Shown here in pieces: positions 31,170 to 43,981 of a DNA stretch of 64,000 nucleotides. A program made the translations under genes and the position numbers. The stretch's first letter is position 1. Each line of letters opens with the position of its first letter. Source of the DNA: an uncultured delta proteobacterium (GTDB lineage Bacteria > Myxococcota_A > Polyangia > Polyangiales > Polyangiaceae); contig CAWJCS010000002.1 of NCBI GenBank assembly GCA_963841435.1, positions 928,001-992,000 of the forward strand, written 5' to 3'. Under the pieces are notes generated by a model. The model was given only the letters and a program-made list of their open reading frames with translations, was not told the origin of the DNA and searched no databases.

Positions 31170-32807
31170 ATGAGTGACCTCGGGCCGGGCGAGATCCGGC
31201 TGGTTCCCCTCGGCGGCCTCGGCGAAATCGGCATGAACTGCCTCGCCGTCGAACAGCGAGACGGCATCATCGTCGTGGACTGCGGGGTCACTTTTCCCGA
31301 GCACGAGCTCGGCGTCGACGTCGTGCACCCCGACTTTCGCTGGCTTCTCGAGCGTGCCGCTCGCGTCCACGGCGTGTTCTTGACGCACGGTCACGAGGAT
31401 CACGTGGGCGCGCTGCCCTTCCTCCTGCGCGAGCTCCGCGTTCCCGTGTTCGGCCCGCCGCACGCGCTCGGCGTGGCCCGGCGCCGGCTCGAGGAGCATG
31501 ACCTGCCGCCGAAGGAGCTCGACCTTCGCCCCGTGCACGCGGGCGAGACCCACGCCGTGGGCCCCTTCTCGGTCGAGCCCGTGCGTGTCGCGCATTCGAT
31601 CGTCGAGGCGAGCGCCCTTTCGCTCGGAACCGCGGCCGGTAGGGTCGTTCACACGGGCGACTTCAATTTCGACCCGGACCCCACCGACGGCGAGCCGACC
31701 GACAGCGAGCGGCTCGAACGCCTGGGCGACGAGGGGGTTGCGCTCCTGCTCAGCGACAGCACCAACGTCGATGTTCCCGAGAAGCGGGGCAGCGAGCTCG
31801 GTGTCGCCCTGGCCGTCGAGGAGCTCGCGAGCCGGGCAACGGGTCGCGTCGTCGTGGCGATGTTCGCGAGCAACGTGCAGCGGCTGATGTCGTTCGGGCC
31901 GCTCGCGGAGCGCCTCGGTCGCAAGCTCTGCGTGCTCGGCCGGAGCCTCGACATGCAGGTCGCCGTGGCGACCGAGATCGGGCGGCTGCGCTGGCCGAGC
32001 CACCTCCGCATCAGTCCCGAGCAGGCTCGCGATCTCGATCCGGCCCAGCTTTTCGTGCTCGCCGGGGGCACTCAGGCCGAACGCGGCTCCGCGCTGCGTC
32101 GCCTCGCGTCCGGCGAGCACCCCGCCTTCTGCCTCGTGCCCGGCGACACCGTGATCCTCTCGAGTCGCATCATCCCCGGCAACGAGCGCGAGGTGTTTGC
32201 GATGCAAAACGACCTCTTGCGCCTCGGTGTGAGCCTGCACACGCGTGTGACGGACCCGGACGTGCATGCGAGCGGCCATGCGTCGAGGAGCGAGCAACGC
32301 CGCATGCTCGAGCTCGTCCGCCCGCGCGCGTTCGTTCCCGTGCACGGCACGCTCCATCATCTGCTCGCCCACGCGGCGCTTGCTCGGGAGGCGGGTGTGG
32401 GCTCGGTCGCCGTGGTCGAGAACGGCACCCCGCTCGTCTTCGACGGCCATGGCCTCCGAAGGGAGCCCGAGGTGCCGCACGGCGCCATTTCGGTTGCTCT
32501 CGGTGGCGCCCCCGCGGGCCCGGCCACGCTCAAGGAGCGCGCCGAGCTCGCACGCTCGGGTGTCGTCGTGGTCGCGCTCTGGCCGGAAGGCGACCTGGCC
32601 CCCGAGGTGCGCGCCCGCGGCGTGCCCGGCCTCGACGAAGCCGGACTTTTCGCGCTCGCCCGCGAAGCCGCCCGCGCCAGCGCCGCTCATCGCGCGGGTC
32701 GCGGCCTCACGCGCGAGGAGCTCGTGCGTCGGGCCGTCCGCCGCAAGCTCGAGGACCTGACAGGCACTCGTCCGCCCGTCGAGGTGCTCGTCGCGCGCGG
32801 CGACTGA
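31170..32807 (+). CDS. rnj: Ribonuclease J
   Basis: LGGLGEIGMN, THGHEDHVGA, HTGDF, DSTN, HASGHA, PVHG. Confidence 0.93.
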   Translation: MSDLGPGEIRLVPLGGLGEIGMNCLAVEQRDGIIVVDCGVTFPEHELGVDVVHPDFRWLLERAARVHGVFLTHGHEDHVGALPFLLRELRVPVFGPPHALGVARRRLEEHDLPPKELDLRPVHAGETHAVGPFSVEPVRVAHSIVEASALSLGTAAGRVVHTGDFNFDPDPTDGEPTDSERLERLGDEGVALLLSDSTNVDVPEKRGSELGVALAVEELASRATGRVVVAMFASNVQRLMSFGPLAERLGRKLCVLGRSLDMQVAVATEIGRLRWPSHLRISPEQARDLDPAQLFVLAGGTQAERGSALRRLASGEHPAFCLVPGDTVILSSRIIPGNEREVFAMQNDLLRLGVSLHTRVTDPDVHASGHASRSEQRRMLELVRPRAFVPVHGTLHHLLAHAALAREAGVGSVAVVENGTPLVFDGHGLRREPEVPHGAISVALGGAPAGPATLKERAELARSGVVVVALWPEGDLAPEVRARGVPGLDEAGLFALAREAARASAAHRAGRGLTREELVRRAVRRKLEDLTGTRPPVEVLVARGD

Positions 32808-32840
32808 GCACGTGACACGCACGCAGCCCGAGGCTCGGGC

Positions 32841-33542
32841 TCAGGCGGGGAGGGCTTTTTCGCCCAGCTCCGCCTTGCACGTCAGGCACTTCTTGGGCAC
32901 GCGGTCCTTCAGGTACACCTGGCAGCACTGCGGGCAGAGGCGCGCGTCGCGCTCGAACGCGATGGGCTTGCCGCTCGCCGCGCAGTTTCGCCCCGCAATC
33001 TGCAGGGATTCGACCACGAGCACCTCACCGTCGCCCTCGGCCGGCGCGGGCAGCCCCTGAACCGCGTCGCGTTTCACGTCCATGGCCTCGGGGATGCGGC
33101 GTGTTCCTTCGGCGAGGATCCGCGCGACGCCCTTCGGATGCGCCTGAATCACGATCTTGAGCGTCTGCGACTTGCCCTCGAGCACGAGCTTGCCGTCGGC
33201 GGCGTAGACCCGCTCGATGTCGCACCACGCGAAGCGCTCGAGCTCCTTGCCGCGCTCGACGGCGACGCCCGCGTCGCCCACGCGGATCGGCAGGGTGCCG
33301 ATATCGCCGTAGTAGAGCGAGCCCGCGAGCAAGAGCGCGCCGCTCACGAGCAGATAGGGCGCGAACGTGCTCGGATGTTGCGACAGCCACTGCGAGTACA
33401 CGCCCGCCCCGAGGCCGAGCCCTCCGAGCATGCCGATCGCCACGGTGACCTTCGACGCGTAGGTTTGCTCGCCGACGTAGCGGCGCTCCTTGCGCGTGCG
33501 CTTGGTCTTCTTGCCCTTTTTTTGCTTGGTCGCTTCGGCCAT
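32841..33542 (-). CDS. Hypothetical 2-TM protein with C-terminal Cys-rich (Zn-ribbon-like) region
   Basis: Basic N-terminus, two TM helices, CAAS...CPQC...CLTC. Confidence 0.7.
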   Translation of the reverse strand: MAEATKQKKGKKTKRTRKERRYVGEQTYASKVTVAIGMLGGLGLGAGVYSQWLSQHPSTFAPYLLVSGALLLAGSLYYGDIGTLPIRVGDAGVAVERGKELERFAWCDIERVYAADGKLVLEGKSQTLKIVIQAHPKGVARILAEGTRRIPEAMDVKRDAVQGLPAPAEGDGEVLVVESLQIAGRNCAASGKPIAFERDARLCPQCCQVYLKDRVPKKCLTCKAELGEKALPA

Positions 33543-33728
33543 GAGGTCTGCTTCTAGTCTCGACTTGGGCAGTCTTGGAAGGCAAGATCTCGAGTGGCGA
33601 GTCGCCACACGAAAGACTGCGACGGCCGGCGTCGCGGCGCGGGAGCCTAGCGTGTCTTTGGCGGGTGGTCTCGCACAATACAAAGTGGTCTGTTGCGGGG
33701 GCGGCGTGCGTGAGATACCCCGATTGGG

Positions 33729-35084
33729 GTGGACCCCCTGCCCGCGCAACCCCGCGGCAAGCCACGCGGACCACGAGGGCGTTACACGCTCTACGTTTTT
33801 CCGGTCGTTGCCGTTGCCTGCGTCGCGTTCGCGCTCCTGACCGCCGGACCGGTGCATCCCTATCGGGTCGCGCGCGTGTGGGGCGGTCCGACCGACGCTT
33901 CACGTGTTGCATTTCGCATCGAGGTTTTCGACGTGGTGCCCGATCAGGGGGGAGGCTCGGAGGAGCTGCCCGTCCGTTCGGGTAGTGCGGCCGTGCACGT
34001 CGCTCGAGCGGGCTCCGAGGCCGCGCGCGTCGTTTCTCTCAACGTCGAAGGTGGCGCGGAAGTGGCGGTCGAGGTGACGCCTTCCGCCGATCCGCTCGCG
34101 ATCACGGTGTCCCAGGCCGCCACCGAGCTCGCCGGCGGCGCGGTGGCGCTCGACGCCGCGCGCTGGGCGTCCGTGGCGCGACGGCGTGGCGGTTTCGTTT
34201 CGGGCGCCGCCGGTCCGTTCGAGGTGCGCGTCGCTGCGGCGCGCGGCGCGTTCGCCGTGCCCTTCGTCGAGCCCCTCGTCGTGGAGGTACGCCGCGCGGG
34301 TGCTCCGGTTGCGGGTGGCGCGGTGTCCGCCAAGGTCGCGGGCGGCGCCGTCACCTCGGCGCTTCGCGCGTCCACCGACGCACGCGGCCGCGCCCGCTTC
34401 GAGCTGCGCCCCGACGAGCACAGCCTGAGCGTCACGCTGCACGTCGAGGATGCATCGGGGTCGGGCGACGTGAGCTTCGGGCTCTCCGTCGTGCCCGGCG
34501 CGCTCCGCGCGACCCTCGACGGGCGTACGCTCGTCGTCGAGTCACCCGTGCCGCGCGAGGTCGCGTACTTCGCGCTCGTGACGGAGCACGAACGGCTGCT
34601 CGCGGGCCGCCTGGCACTCGTCCCCGATGCGCGCGGCAGGAGCAGCGCTCGCTTCGACATCCCCCCGGGGCTCGCGCCGACGTACGCCGTCGTCTCGAGC
34701 GAGCGCGACCTCAGGAGCCCGTCTGCCATCGGCTGGCCGCTCGCCGCGAGCGACGAGCCGTCGCGCACGTTCGACGCCGTCGAGGCGCTCTTGGTCGACG
34801 GCCGCCCGCGCGCGGCGCTCCACGAGGCGCGGCGTGTGCGACGCGTGCGCTGGGTGACGGCCGCCTTCTGCGCCGCAGCGCTCGTCATCGAGCTCGCGCT
34901 GCTCGTGTGGCTCACCCGCGCGAGCGATCGGGCGCTGGATGCTCACCTCGAGGGGGCGGGTGTCGGCGCCGAGGACGCGAGCCGGCTCGCGCCCAAGCGC
35001 TCGAAGGCGCTTCTGCTCGCCCTGCTGCTCGTCGCCCTCGGATTCGTCATCGTGGCGCTGGTCGGCATCCTCAAGCTCGGCTAA
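33729..35084 (+). CDS. Hypothetical membrane protein with beta-rich (Ig-like) periplasmic region
   Basis: One N-terminal and two C-terminal hydrophobic helices; start uncertain. Confidence 0.6.
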   Translation: MDPLPAQPRGKPRGPRGRYTLYVFPVVAVACVAFALLTAGPVHPYRVARVWGGPTDASRVAFRIEVFDVVPDQGGGSEELPVRSGSAAVHVARAGSEAARVVSLNVEGGAEVAVEVTPSADPLAITVSQAATELAGGAVALDAARWASVARRRGGFVSGAAGPFEVRVAAARGAFAVPFVEPLVVEVRRAGAPVAGGAVSAKVAGGAVTSALRASTDARGRARFELRPDEHSLSVTLHVEDASGSGDVSFGLSVVPGALRATLDGRTLVVESPVPREVAYFALVTEHERLLAGRLALVPDARGRSSARFDIPPGLAPTYAVVSSERDLRSPSAIGWPLAASDEPSRTFDAVEALLVDGRPRAALHEARRVRRVRWVTAAFCAAALVIELALLVWLTRASDRALDAHLEGAGVGAEDASRLAPKRSKALLLALLLVALGFVIVALVGILKLG

Positions 35085-35119
35085 CCTGGCGCCCGTCCTC
35101 CTTTTTTCACGGTGCCCTC

Positions 35120-35419
35120 ATGAAGACGTCACGCCTGATTCGCCTCAATCCCGCAACAATCGTCCTCTTTGGCACCGTCGGGCTCGTCGCCGTGCCCGCC
35201 TGCTCCGGGAGCGATCCCGTGCAGACCTATCCGGGCGGGGGCGGCAGCTCCGGCAAGGGCGGCTCGAGTGGCAGCTCCGGCAAGGGCGGCTCGAGTGGCG
35301 GCGCGGGCTCGAGCGGCACGAGCGGCAGTGGGGGCAAGGGCGGGACGAGCGGTGGCGGCGGCTCGAGCGGCAGTGGCGGCGCGGGCGAGTCGGGCCAGGC
35401 AGGCGAGGGTGGGGCGTAG
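35120..35419 (+). CDS. Small Gly/Ser-rich lipoprotein
   Basis: Signal ending VPAC followed by GS-rich repeats; exact 27-nt tandem at 35243-35296. Confidence 0.65.
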   Translation: MKTSRLIRLNPATIVLFGTVGLVAVPACSGSDPVQTYPGGGGSSGKGGSSGSSGKGGSSGGAGSSGTSGSGGKGGTSGGGGSSGSGGAGESGQAGEGGA

Positions 35420-35441
35420 GTCGAGGGGCTTCGTCGAGCCC

Positions 35442-36752
35442 TCAGGGCGGCTCGCGCAAGAGCCGCGCTAGCACGCGCGTCATGACGCCGACGTCGTCGG
35501 TGCCCGCCGTCTCGCGGCAGGAGTGCATGCCGAGCATCGGATTGCCGACGTCGAGCGTGCTCACGCCGAGGCGCGCCGCCGTGATCGGCCCGATCGTGCT
35601 GCCGCAGGGCTGGTCGTTGCGAGAGGCGAAGTACTGGGGGGTCACGCCCTCCGCGCGGCAAGCCTCAACGAACGCCCCCTGCGCGATACCGTCGGTCGCG
35701 TAGCTCTGGTTGGCGTTGACCTTGATGACGGGCCCCGCGCCGATCACGGGGCGGTGCTGCTTGTCGTGCTTGTCCGCGTAGTTCGGGTGCACGGCATGCG
35801 CCATGTCGGCGGAGACGAACAGCGAGCGGGCGAGCGCGCGGGCCGGGCCGTCGCCGCCCGCGCCGGGAAACGCGAGCGTCAACCGCTCGAGCACCGATTC
35901 GAGCCACAACGAGCGCGCACCCGACGCCGTCTGGCTGCCCACCTCCTCGTGATCGTAGAGCACGAGGACGCGCGTCGCGGCGCCCGCCGCGCCCGCGGCG
36001 AGCAGCGCGCGGTAAGCGGGGTAGCAGGACCCGAGGTTGTCGAGGCGCGCCGACGCGACGAGCTCCTGGCTCGCGCCAGCAATCGCCGCGCCCTGCACGT
36101 CGAACAGGCTGAGGTCGAACCCGACGACGTCCTCGACCCGCGCGCCCGCCGAGCCGGTCGCGGCGAGCGCTTCGACGACGAGCTCGAGCACGCTCCTCGG
36201 GCCGTGATCCCCCTCGAGCCCCCAAATCGGCGCGAGGTGGAGCTGCGGGTTTAGCACCAGCCCCTCCTTGTTGACCTCGCGGTTCAGATGAATGGCAAGG
36301 TTCGGAATGCGGCAGACCGCTCCCGGCAGCCGCACGAGCTCGGTTCGGCCACCCGAGAGCACGATCCGCCCCGCCACCGACAGATCGCGATCGAGCCAGG
36401 TCGAAAAAAGGACACCGCCGTACACCTCGGGCGAAAGCTGTCGGTAGCCGCCGCCCTCGAAGCCTGGGCTCGGCTTGAGGTGCAGGTTCGGTGAATCGGT
36501 GTGCGCGCCCAGCATCACGAAGCCCGCTTCCCAGGGCGGCAGCGTGCCGAGCACGAAAGCAATCAGTGACCCGCCCCGCACGAGGAAGCCCCGTGCCCCC
36601 GGTGCGAGCGACCAGGCGCTTGCCTCGTCGAGCTTATCGAAGCCGGCCGCGGCGAGCCGCACGCCGACCTCGCGTGCCGCGTGGTACGGCGTGGGGGACG
36701 CGTCGAGGAAGGCGACGAAGTCCCGGGTGTGCTCGGAAGCGGTCACGGCCAT
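35442..36752 (-). CDS. M18 family (aspartyl) aminopeptidase
   Basis: SPTPYHA, GAHTDSP, RLDNL, DHEEVGS, SADMAHAVHPNY, CGSTIGP, MHSCRE. Confidence 0.93.
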   Translation of the reverse strand: MAVTASEHTRDFVAFLDASPTPYHAAREVGVRLAAAGFDKLDEASAWSLAPGARGFLVRGGSLIAFVLGTLPPWEAGFVMLGAHTDSPNLHLKPSPGFEGGGYRQLSPEVYGGVLFSTWLDRDLSVAGRIVLSGGRTELVRLPGAVCRIPNLAIHLNREVNKEGLVLNPQLHLAPIWGLEGDHGPRSVLELVVEALAATGSAGARVEDVVGFDLSLFDVQGAAIAGASQELVASARLDNLGSCYPAYRALLAAGAAGAATRVLVLYDHEEVGSQTASGARSLWLESVLERLTLAFPGAGGDGPARALARSLFVSADMAHAVHPNYADKHDKQHRPVIGAGPVIKVNANQSYATDGIAQGAFVEACRAEGVTPQYFASRNDQPCGSTIGPITAARLGVSTLDVGNPMLGMHSCRETAGTDDVGVMTRVLARLLREPP

Positions 36753-36791
36753 GGGCAATCCAGTATAGATCAGTGTTATGGGTCCCCCGCC

Positions 36792-37841
36792 GTGCTCACG
36801 CGAGACGTAGCGTTCGAGGGCTTCACCTACCGCGAGTGGGTGCTCTTGCGGGAGGCGTTCCGCCCGACGCCGGGCCTGCCGCGGGAGCGTAGCGAACGGC
36901 AGCAGGCCGACGCCGTCGAGGCCGTGCGCGCGCACCCCGCGGGCGGCGTCGTTGCGGTCACGAGCGGTAGCCAGCTGCGCAAGCTCGTGAGCACGCGCAT
37001 CGGTCGCCTCGACGTGCGCGAGCAGCCCTGGCCCGAGGCGCTCGAGTCGCTGGCGGCGCGCCACGCCGCGCGCTGGGCGGCGGAGCTCACGGCCGGAGCG
37101 CTCGACGACCTCATGGATCGCTTCGGCGATCGACTGAACCCCGGCCAGGACTACCTCTCGCAGGCGCTCGACGCGCTCGGCATCCTGCGCGAGCTCGAGG
37201 CCGAGGGCGCCCTGTCCGTCTGGCCGGGCCGCATCGCCGAGTGGCCCGTCCCGAGCGAGCGCGCGCTCCTGCGCGGGCTCGACATGCTGTGTCCCGACGG
37301 TCGTGCGCTCGTGCTCGGCGTGTTCGACGCCGGCGATCTTGCGACGTGCCTCGTTTTGCGTCGCCGCGGCAGTGGCTTCGACAAGCTCGTGGGGCCGGCC
37401 GAGCTGCGCCCGCACATGGGCCTATTGTCCGGCGACTTCCATCGCGATCAGCGCTTCCTCAGCGCGGCCGTCGAGCGGCAGGTCGCTCCCGTGGCCGCGG
37501 GCTGTTTCGGCGAGCTCGCGACGTTCCGCGCCCTTTCGGGGAGCCGGGCGCCGGGCGCCTGGGCCCGTGCCGTCGCCGCCCACCAGATCGTGATTGCTCC
37601 GTGGTCGCCCGGCGTCGCGCTGCCGCTCGGCCTCGACGTCGGGCGCGCCTTGTTCCGCGAAATTGGCGCTTTCGCGAGCTGGCTCGGCGCCGGCCACCTG
37701 CTCTCCCGCGACGGCCCGCTCGCCCACGCCGTGCTCGGCCTCGAGCGGCCGTCGTGGCTCGACCACGACCTCACGGAGTTTCTCGGCTTCGATCCCTGGA
37801 AGCTCGTCAGCCGGTTGCTCTCCCGCGGCCCGGAGGCCTGA
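36792..37841 (+). CDS. Hypothetical protein
   Basis: Coding-like composition; ends 2 nt before the histidine kinase start. Confidence 0.65.
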   Translation: MLTRDVAFEGFTYREWVLLREAFRPTPGLPRERSERQQADAVEAVRAHPAGGVVAVTSGSQLRKLVSTRIGRLDVREQPWPEALESLAARHAARWAAELTAGALDDLMDRFGDRLNPGQDYLSQALDALGILRELEAEGALSVWPGRIAEWPVPSERALLRGLDMLCPDGRALVLGVFDAGDLATCLVLRRRGSGFDKLVGPAELRPHMGLLSGDFHRDQRFLSAAVERQVAPVAAGCFGELATFRALSGSRAPGAWARAVAAHQIVIAPWSPGVALPLGLDVGRALFREIGAFASWLGAGHLLSRDGPLAHAVLGLERPSWLDHDLTEFLGFDPWKLVSRLLSRGPEA

Positions 37842-37843
37842 GC

Positions 37844-39433
37844 GTGAAGCGCTTCGGCATTCGTCGCCGCCTCACGCTCGCGATCCTGCTCACGGCGTTG
37901 ATCCCCGTGCTCGTCGCGATCTGGCTCGCCGAGACCACGGTGCGCCAAACCTCGGCGCGCTTCTTCGTGCCCGAGGTCGGCGCGCGGCTCGATCGCTCGC
38001 TCGGTCTCTACCAGGAGCTCGCGCGCGCCGTGAAGGCCGGGATGAAGAGCGAGGCTGGCGCCGTTGCGGTCGACGCGGAGCTCCGCCGCGCTGCCTCGGC
38101 GGGCGACCCGGCGGCCGTGCAGCTCGCGCTCCGCCGGCTGTTCGTCGGCCACGACGGCCTGGTCTCGCTCACGGTTCGCGACGGCGAGCGCGTGCTCGGC
38201 CACGTCGATCGCGGCCGGGCCATCGACACGCGTCTCGAAAACACCTTCGAGGTGTCACGCCCGCTCGAGGTGTCGCCCGCACCCCCTGCGAGCGCGGCGG
38301 CCCCACGGCCCAAAGAGAACGACGAGCGCCCCTCGCCCGCGGATCTCGACGATGACGAGCCTGCGGGCAGTGAGCTCGTCGCCGTGTTCGCGGCCGACAA
38401 GGCGCGCTTCGAAGAGCTCTCGGAGGCGAGCGAGTTCGTCGACACCTACCGGCAAATCGAGCGCCGCCGCAGCGCCGACGAGCGAAGCTACGTGCTCGCC
38501 TTCGCCGCGCTGCTCGGCGTCACCATCCTCGCCGCCGTGGGCGTCGGCGGACTCATCGCGGGCGACGTCGCGCGCCGGGTCGTAGAGCTCGAAGCCGCCA
38601 CGCGTCGCGTCGCGCTCGGCGACCTCAGCGTCCGTGTCCCCGAAGACCGCGACGACGAGCTCGGTGTGCTGTCGCGCGCCTTCAACCGCATGCTCGCCGA
38701 GGTCGAGGCAAGCCGCGCGCGCATCGAATACCTGCAGCGCATCAGCGCGTGGCAAGAGATGGCGCGGCGGCTCGCCCACGAAATCAAGAATCCGCTCACT
38801 CCCATTCAGCTCGCCGTGCAGGACATCCACAGCCGCTACGACGGGCAGAGCCCCGAGTATCGCGCGCTGCTCGACACCACGCTCGAGGTCGTCGAGGACG
38901 AGGTCGGCACGCTCAGGCGCCTCGTCTCGGAGTTTTCCGATTTTGCCCGGCTGCCGCGCGCGGATCTCGAAGAGGGCGACCTCGTCGGCTTCCTCAGCGA
39001 GCTGTCCGAGCAGCCGCTGCTCCACGACGACGAGCGCCACGCAGGCGCGACGAACGGTGGGGGTCCCGCGGTCGACTTCGAGCTTCCCGAAGGCCAGGCG
39101 CTCGTGCAAATGGATCGCCAGATGCTCCGGCGCGTGCTGATCAACCTCGTGCAGAACGCCGCCCAGGCCCTCGGCAAGCAGGGCCGCGTCCACGTTCGCC
39201 TCACGCGTGACGGCGACGCCTGGAACCTAGATGTCGAGGACGACGGCCCGGGCATCCCGAGCGAGCTACGCGAAGCGATCTTCGACCCGTACGTCACCAC
39301 GAAAACCGACGGGACGGGCCTCGGCCTCGCCATCGTCAAGAAGATCGTCGTCGAGCACCACGGCTCGATCAGCGCCGAGACGGGGTCGCTCGGCGGGGCC
39401 CGGCTGCGCGTGCGCCTGCCGGCGCTAAGCTGA
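37844..39433 (+). CDS. HAMP sensor histidine kinase (NtrY-like)
   Basis: Two TM, HAMP DELGVLSRAFNRM, AWQEMARRLAHEIKNPLTPIQL, DDGPGI, GTGLGL. Confidence 0.92.
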   Translation: MKRFGIRRRLTLAILLTALIPVLVAIWLAETTVRQTSARFFVPEVGARLDRSLGLYQELARAVKAGMKSEAGAVAVDAELRRAASAGDPAAVQLALRRLFVGHDGLVSLTVRDGERVLGHVDRGRAIDTRLENTFEVSRPLEVSPAPPASAAAPRPKENDERPSPADLDDDEPAGSELVAVFAADKARFEELSEASEFVDTYRQIERRRSADERSYVLAFAALLGVTILAAVGVGGLIAGDVARRVVELEAATRRVALGDLSVRVPEDRDDELGVLSRAFNRMLAEVEASRARIEYLQRISAWQEMARRLAHEIKNPLTPIQLAVQDIHSRYDGQSPEYRALLDTTLEVVEDEVGTLRRLVSEFSDFARLPRADLEEGDLVGFLSELSEQPLLHDDERHAGATNGGGPAVDFELPEGQALVQMDRQMLRRVLINLVQNAAQALGKQGRVHVRLTRDGDAWNLDVEDDGPGIPSELREAIFDPYVTTKTDGTGLGLAIVKKIVVEHHGSISAETGSLGGARLRVRLPALS

Positions 39434-39436
39434 GCC

Positions 39437-39991
39437 ATGGCACGCCGGTCGTCGACGCCGCCCCACGCGAGCTTCATCACGCCGGCGCTCGTGCTGCTTT
39501 CGGCGGCGCTGTTCGGGCTCGTGGCGCTGCCGAAGCTCGCCCCGGATCGCTTCGTGGGCAAGCCGGCGCACGACTTCATGTTGCCGCGGCTCGACCCCAA
39601 GGGGAGTGCCTCGCCCGGCGCGATCCGTCTCTCGGACCTCGAGGGCAAGGCCGTGATCTTGGACTTCTGGGCGAGCTGGTGCCTGCCTTGCCGGGCGCAG
39701 GCGCCGATCGTCGACCGCGTCGCCGCCGCGCAGAAGAGCCGCGGCCTGCTCGCCGTTGGCATCGTCACCGGCGACTCGCCCGACGACGCTCGCGCCTTCC
39801 TCGCCGAGCACCCGACGGGCTACGACTCCGTCATCGACGAGCAGGGCGAGGCATCACGCGCCTTCGGCGTCGAGGGCCTGCCGACGCTCGTCGCCATCGA
39901 CAGGAAAGGCGAGGTCGTCGCCGTGCGCAAGGGCATGGTCTCCGAGAAGGAGCTGACGGCGATCGCCGAAGCGGCCATCGTCGGCCTCTGA
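39437..39991 (+). CDS. TlpA/ResA-like membrane-anchored thiol-disulfide oxidoreductase
   Basis: N-terminal TM, LDFWASWCLPC, GLPT. Confidence 0.9.
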   Translation: MARRSSTPPHASFITPALVLLSAALFGLVALPKLAPDRFVGKPAHDFMLPRLDPKGSASPGAIRLSDLEGKAVILDFWASWCLPCRAQAPIVDRVAAAQKSRGLLAVGIVTGDSPDDARAFLAEHPTGYDSVIDEQGEASRAFGVEGLPTLVAIDRKGEVVAVRKGMVSEKELTAIAEAAIVGL

Positions 39992-40117
39992 GCGTCGCGA
40001 CGACGGCCTGGCTAGGGGCGGCACGCCGCTCGCTGGGGCGGCTTTTTGGGGATTTTGCGGCGACCGCCGGTCGTCAGCGTGAAGCGCGCCCGAGCACGCC
40101 GTTCCACCACCCGCCCG

Positions 40118-42700
<2,583 letters not shown>

Positions 42701-42744
42701 ACGCTAGTTGCGCGCCGCGAGCTTGGTGTCTACTACGCGCGCCC

Positions 42745-43557
42745 ATGTTCGGACCTTATGGCGATGCCGTGCTCCTGGGAGTCGTCCAGGGCGCGACCGA
42801 GTTTCTTCCCATCTCGAGCAGCGGCCACCTGGCCCTCGCCGAGATCCTTTTTCACCTGGACGCGGGCGGCCTCACCTTCAACGTGCTGCTCCACGCGGGG
42901 ACTCTGTGCGCGACGCTGGTCGTGCTGCGTCACGAGGTTTGGCGCGCGGTCCGCGCCGGCTTCCCGGCGTTCGTGAGGCCGCGCCTGTTTCGCGAGTCGC
43001 CCGGGGGGCGCGATGCCCTCGTCGTGATCCTCGCGAGTGTACCGACGGCGATCATCGGATTGCTCCTCCGCGATCCCGTCGAGCGCTGGACCGAAAATCC
43101 GCTCATCATCGGGCTCGGCTTTCTCGGCACCACGGGCGCGCTGATGGTCGCGCACGCCTCGACGCCCGGCGACCGCGAGCAGCCGACGTGGCGCGGCGCG
43201 CTCGCCATCGGGCTTGCGCAGGGGCTCGCCGTGCTGCCCGGCCTTTCGCGCAGCGGCTCGACGATCGCCGTGGCGCTTTGGCTCGGCGTGAGCCGCAATC
43301 GCGCCTTCGTGCTCTCGATGCTGATGTCGCTGCCCGCCATCGTCGGCGCCGTCGTGCTCGAAGGGCGCCACGCCATCTCGGGTCCCGGGCCGGGGCTCAC
43401 GGCGATCATCGGGGCACTCGTCGCGTTCGGCACCGGAGCGATGGCGCTCGAATTCTTGAGGCGCGTCGTCGTGAGCGGCCGCTTCGGCTGGTTTGCCTTC
43501 TGGGTGGGGCCGCTCGCGCTCGCCACGATCGGCCTCGGGCTTGCGTGGCCGCGCTGA
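42745..43557 (+). CDS. uppP: Undecaprenyl-diphosphate phosphatase
   Basis: LGVVQGATEFLPISSSGHL, LPGLSRSGST. Confidence 0.93.
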   Translation: MFGPYGDAVLLGVVQGATEFLPISSSGHLALAEILFHLDAGGLTFNVLLHAGTLCATLVVLRHEVWRAVRAGFPAFVRPRLFRESPGGRDALVVILASVPTAIIGLLLRDPVERWTENPLIIGLGFLGTTGALMVAHASTPGDREQPTWRGALAIGLAQGLAVLPGLSRSGSTIAVALWLGVSRNRAFVLSMLMSLPAIVGAVVLEGRHAISGPGPGLTAIIGALVAFGTGAMALEFLRRVVVSGRFGWFAFWVGPLALATIGLGLAWPR

Positions 43558-43970
43558 GACGAGCCGCGCCGCTCCTTCTGTTCGCACTCGTCGGGTGCGG
43601 CAAGGTCGCGCGCGAGTGCCGAGCCGTCACCGCCCGCGCCAACGCCTTCATCGCCGAAAGCGCCCGCGTCGCGCCCGCTCCAGGGGCTTCACGCGCACGA
43701 ACCCAAGAGCAGGCGCTCGCGACGGCCGCCCGCTACGAAAAGCTCGCCGCCGATCTCGAAGCGCTTCACGTCACCTCGGGCAAGCTCGAGCCCGAGGTCC
43801 AAAGCTACCGCACGCTCGCGCTCCGTTCGGCGGTGGCCCTGCGCGCCGTCGCCAAGGCGCTCGGCGAGCACGATTTCGAAACCGCCCGCGCCCGCCGCGT
43901 CGAGCTCGACCGCGCTGCCCAGAGCGAAGCGCCGCTCGTCGCCCGCATCAACGCGATCTGCGCGCGCTGA
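43545..43970 (+). CDS. Hypothetical helical lipoprotein
   Basis: GTG start, LLLFALVGC lipobox; C-terminal part of ORF 42708..43970. Confidence 0.6.
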   Translation: MAALRRAAPLLLFALVGCGKVARECRAVTARANAFIAESARVAPAPGASRARTQEQALATAARYEKLAADLEALHVTSGKLEPEVQSYRTLALRSAVALRAVAKALGEHDFETARARRVELDRAAQSEAPLVARINAICAR

Positions 43971-43981
43971 GGCGATGCGCG

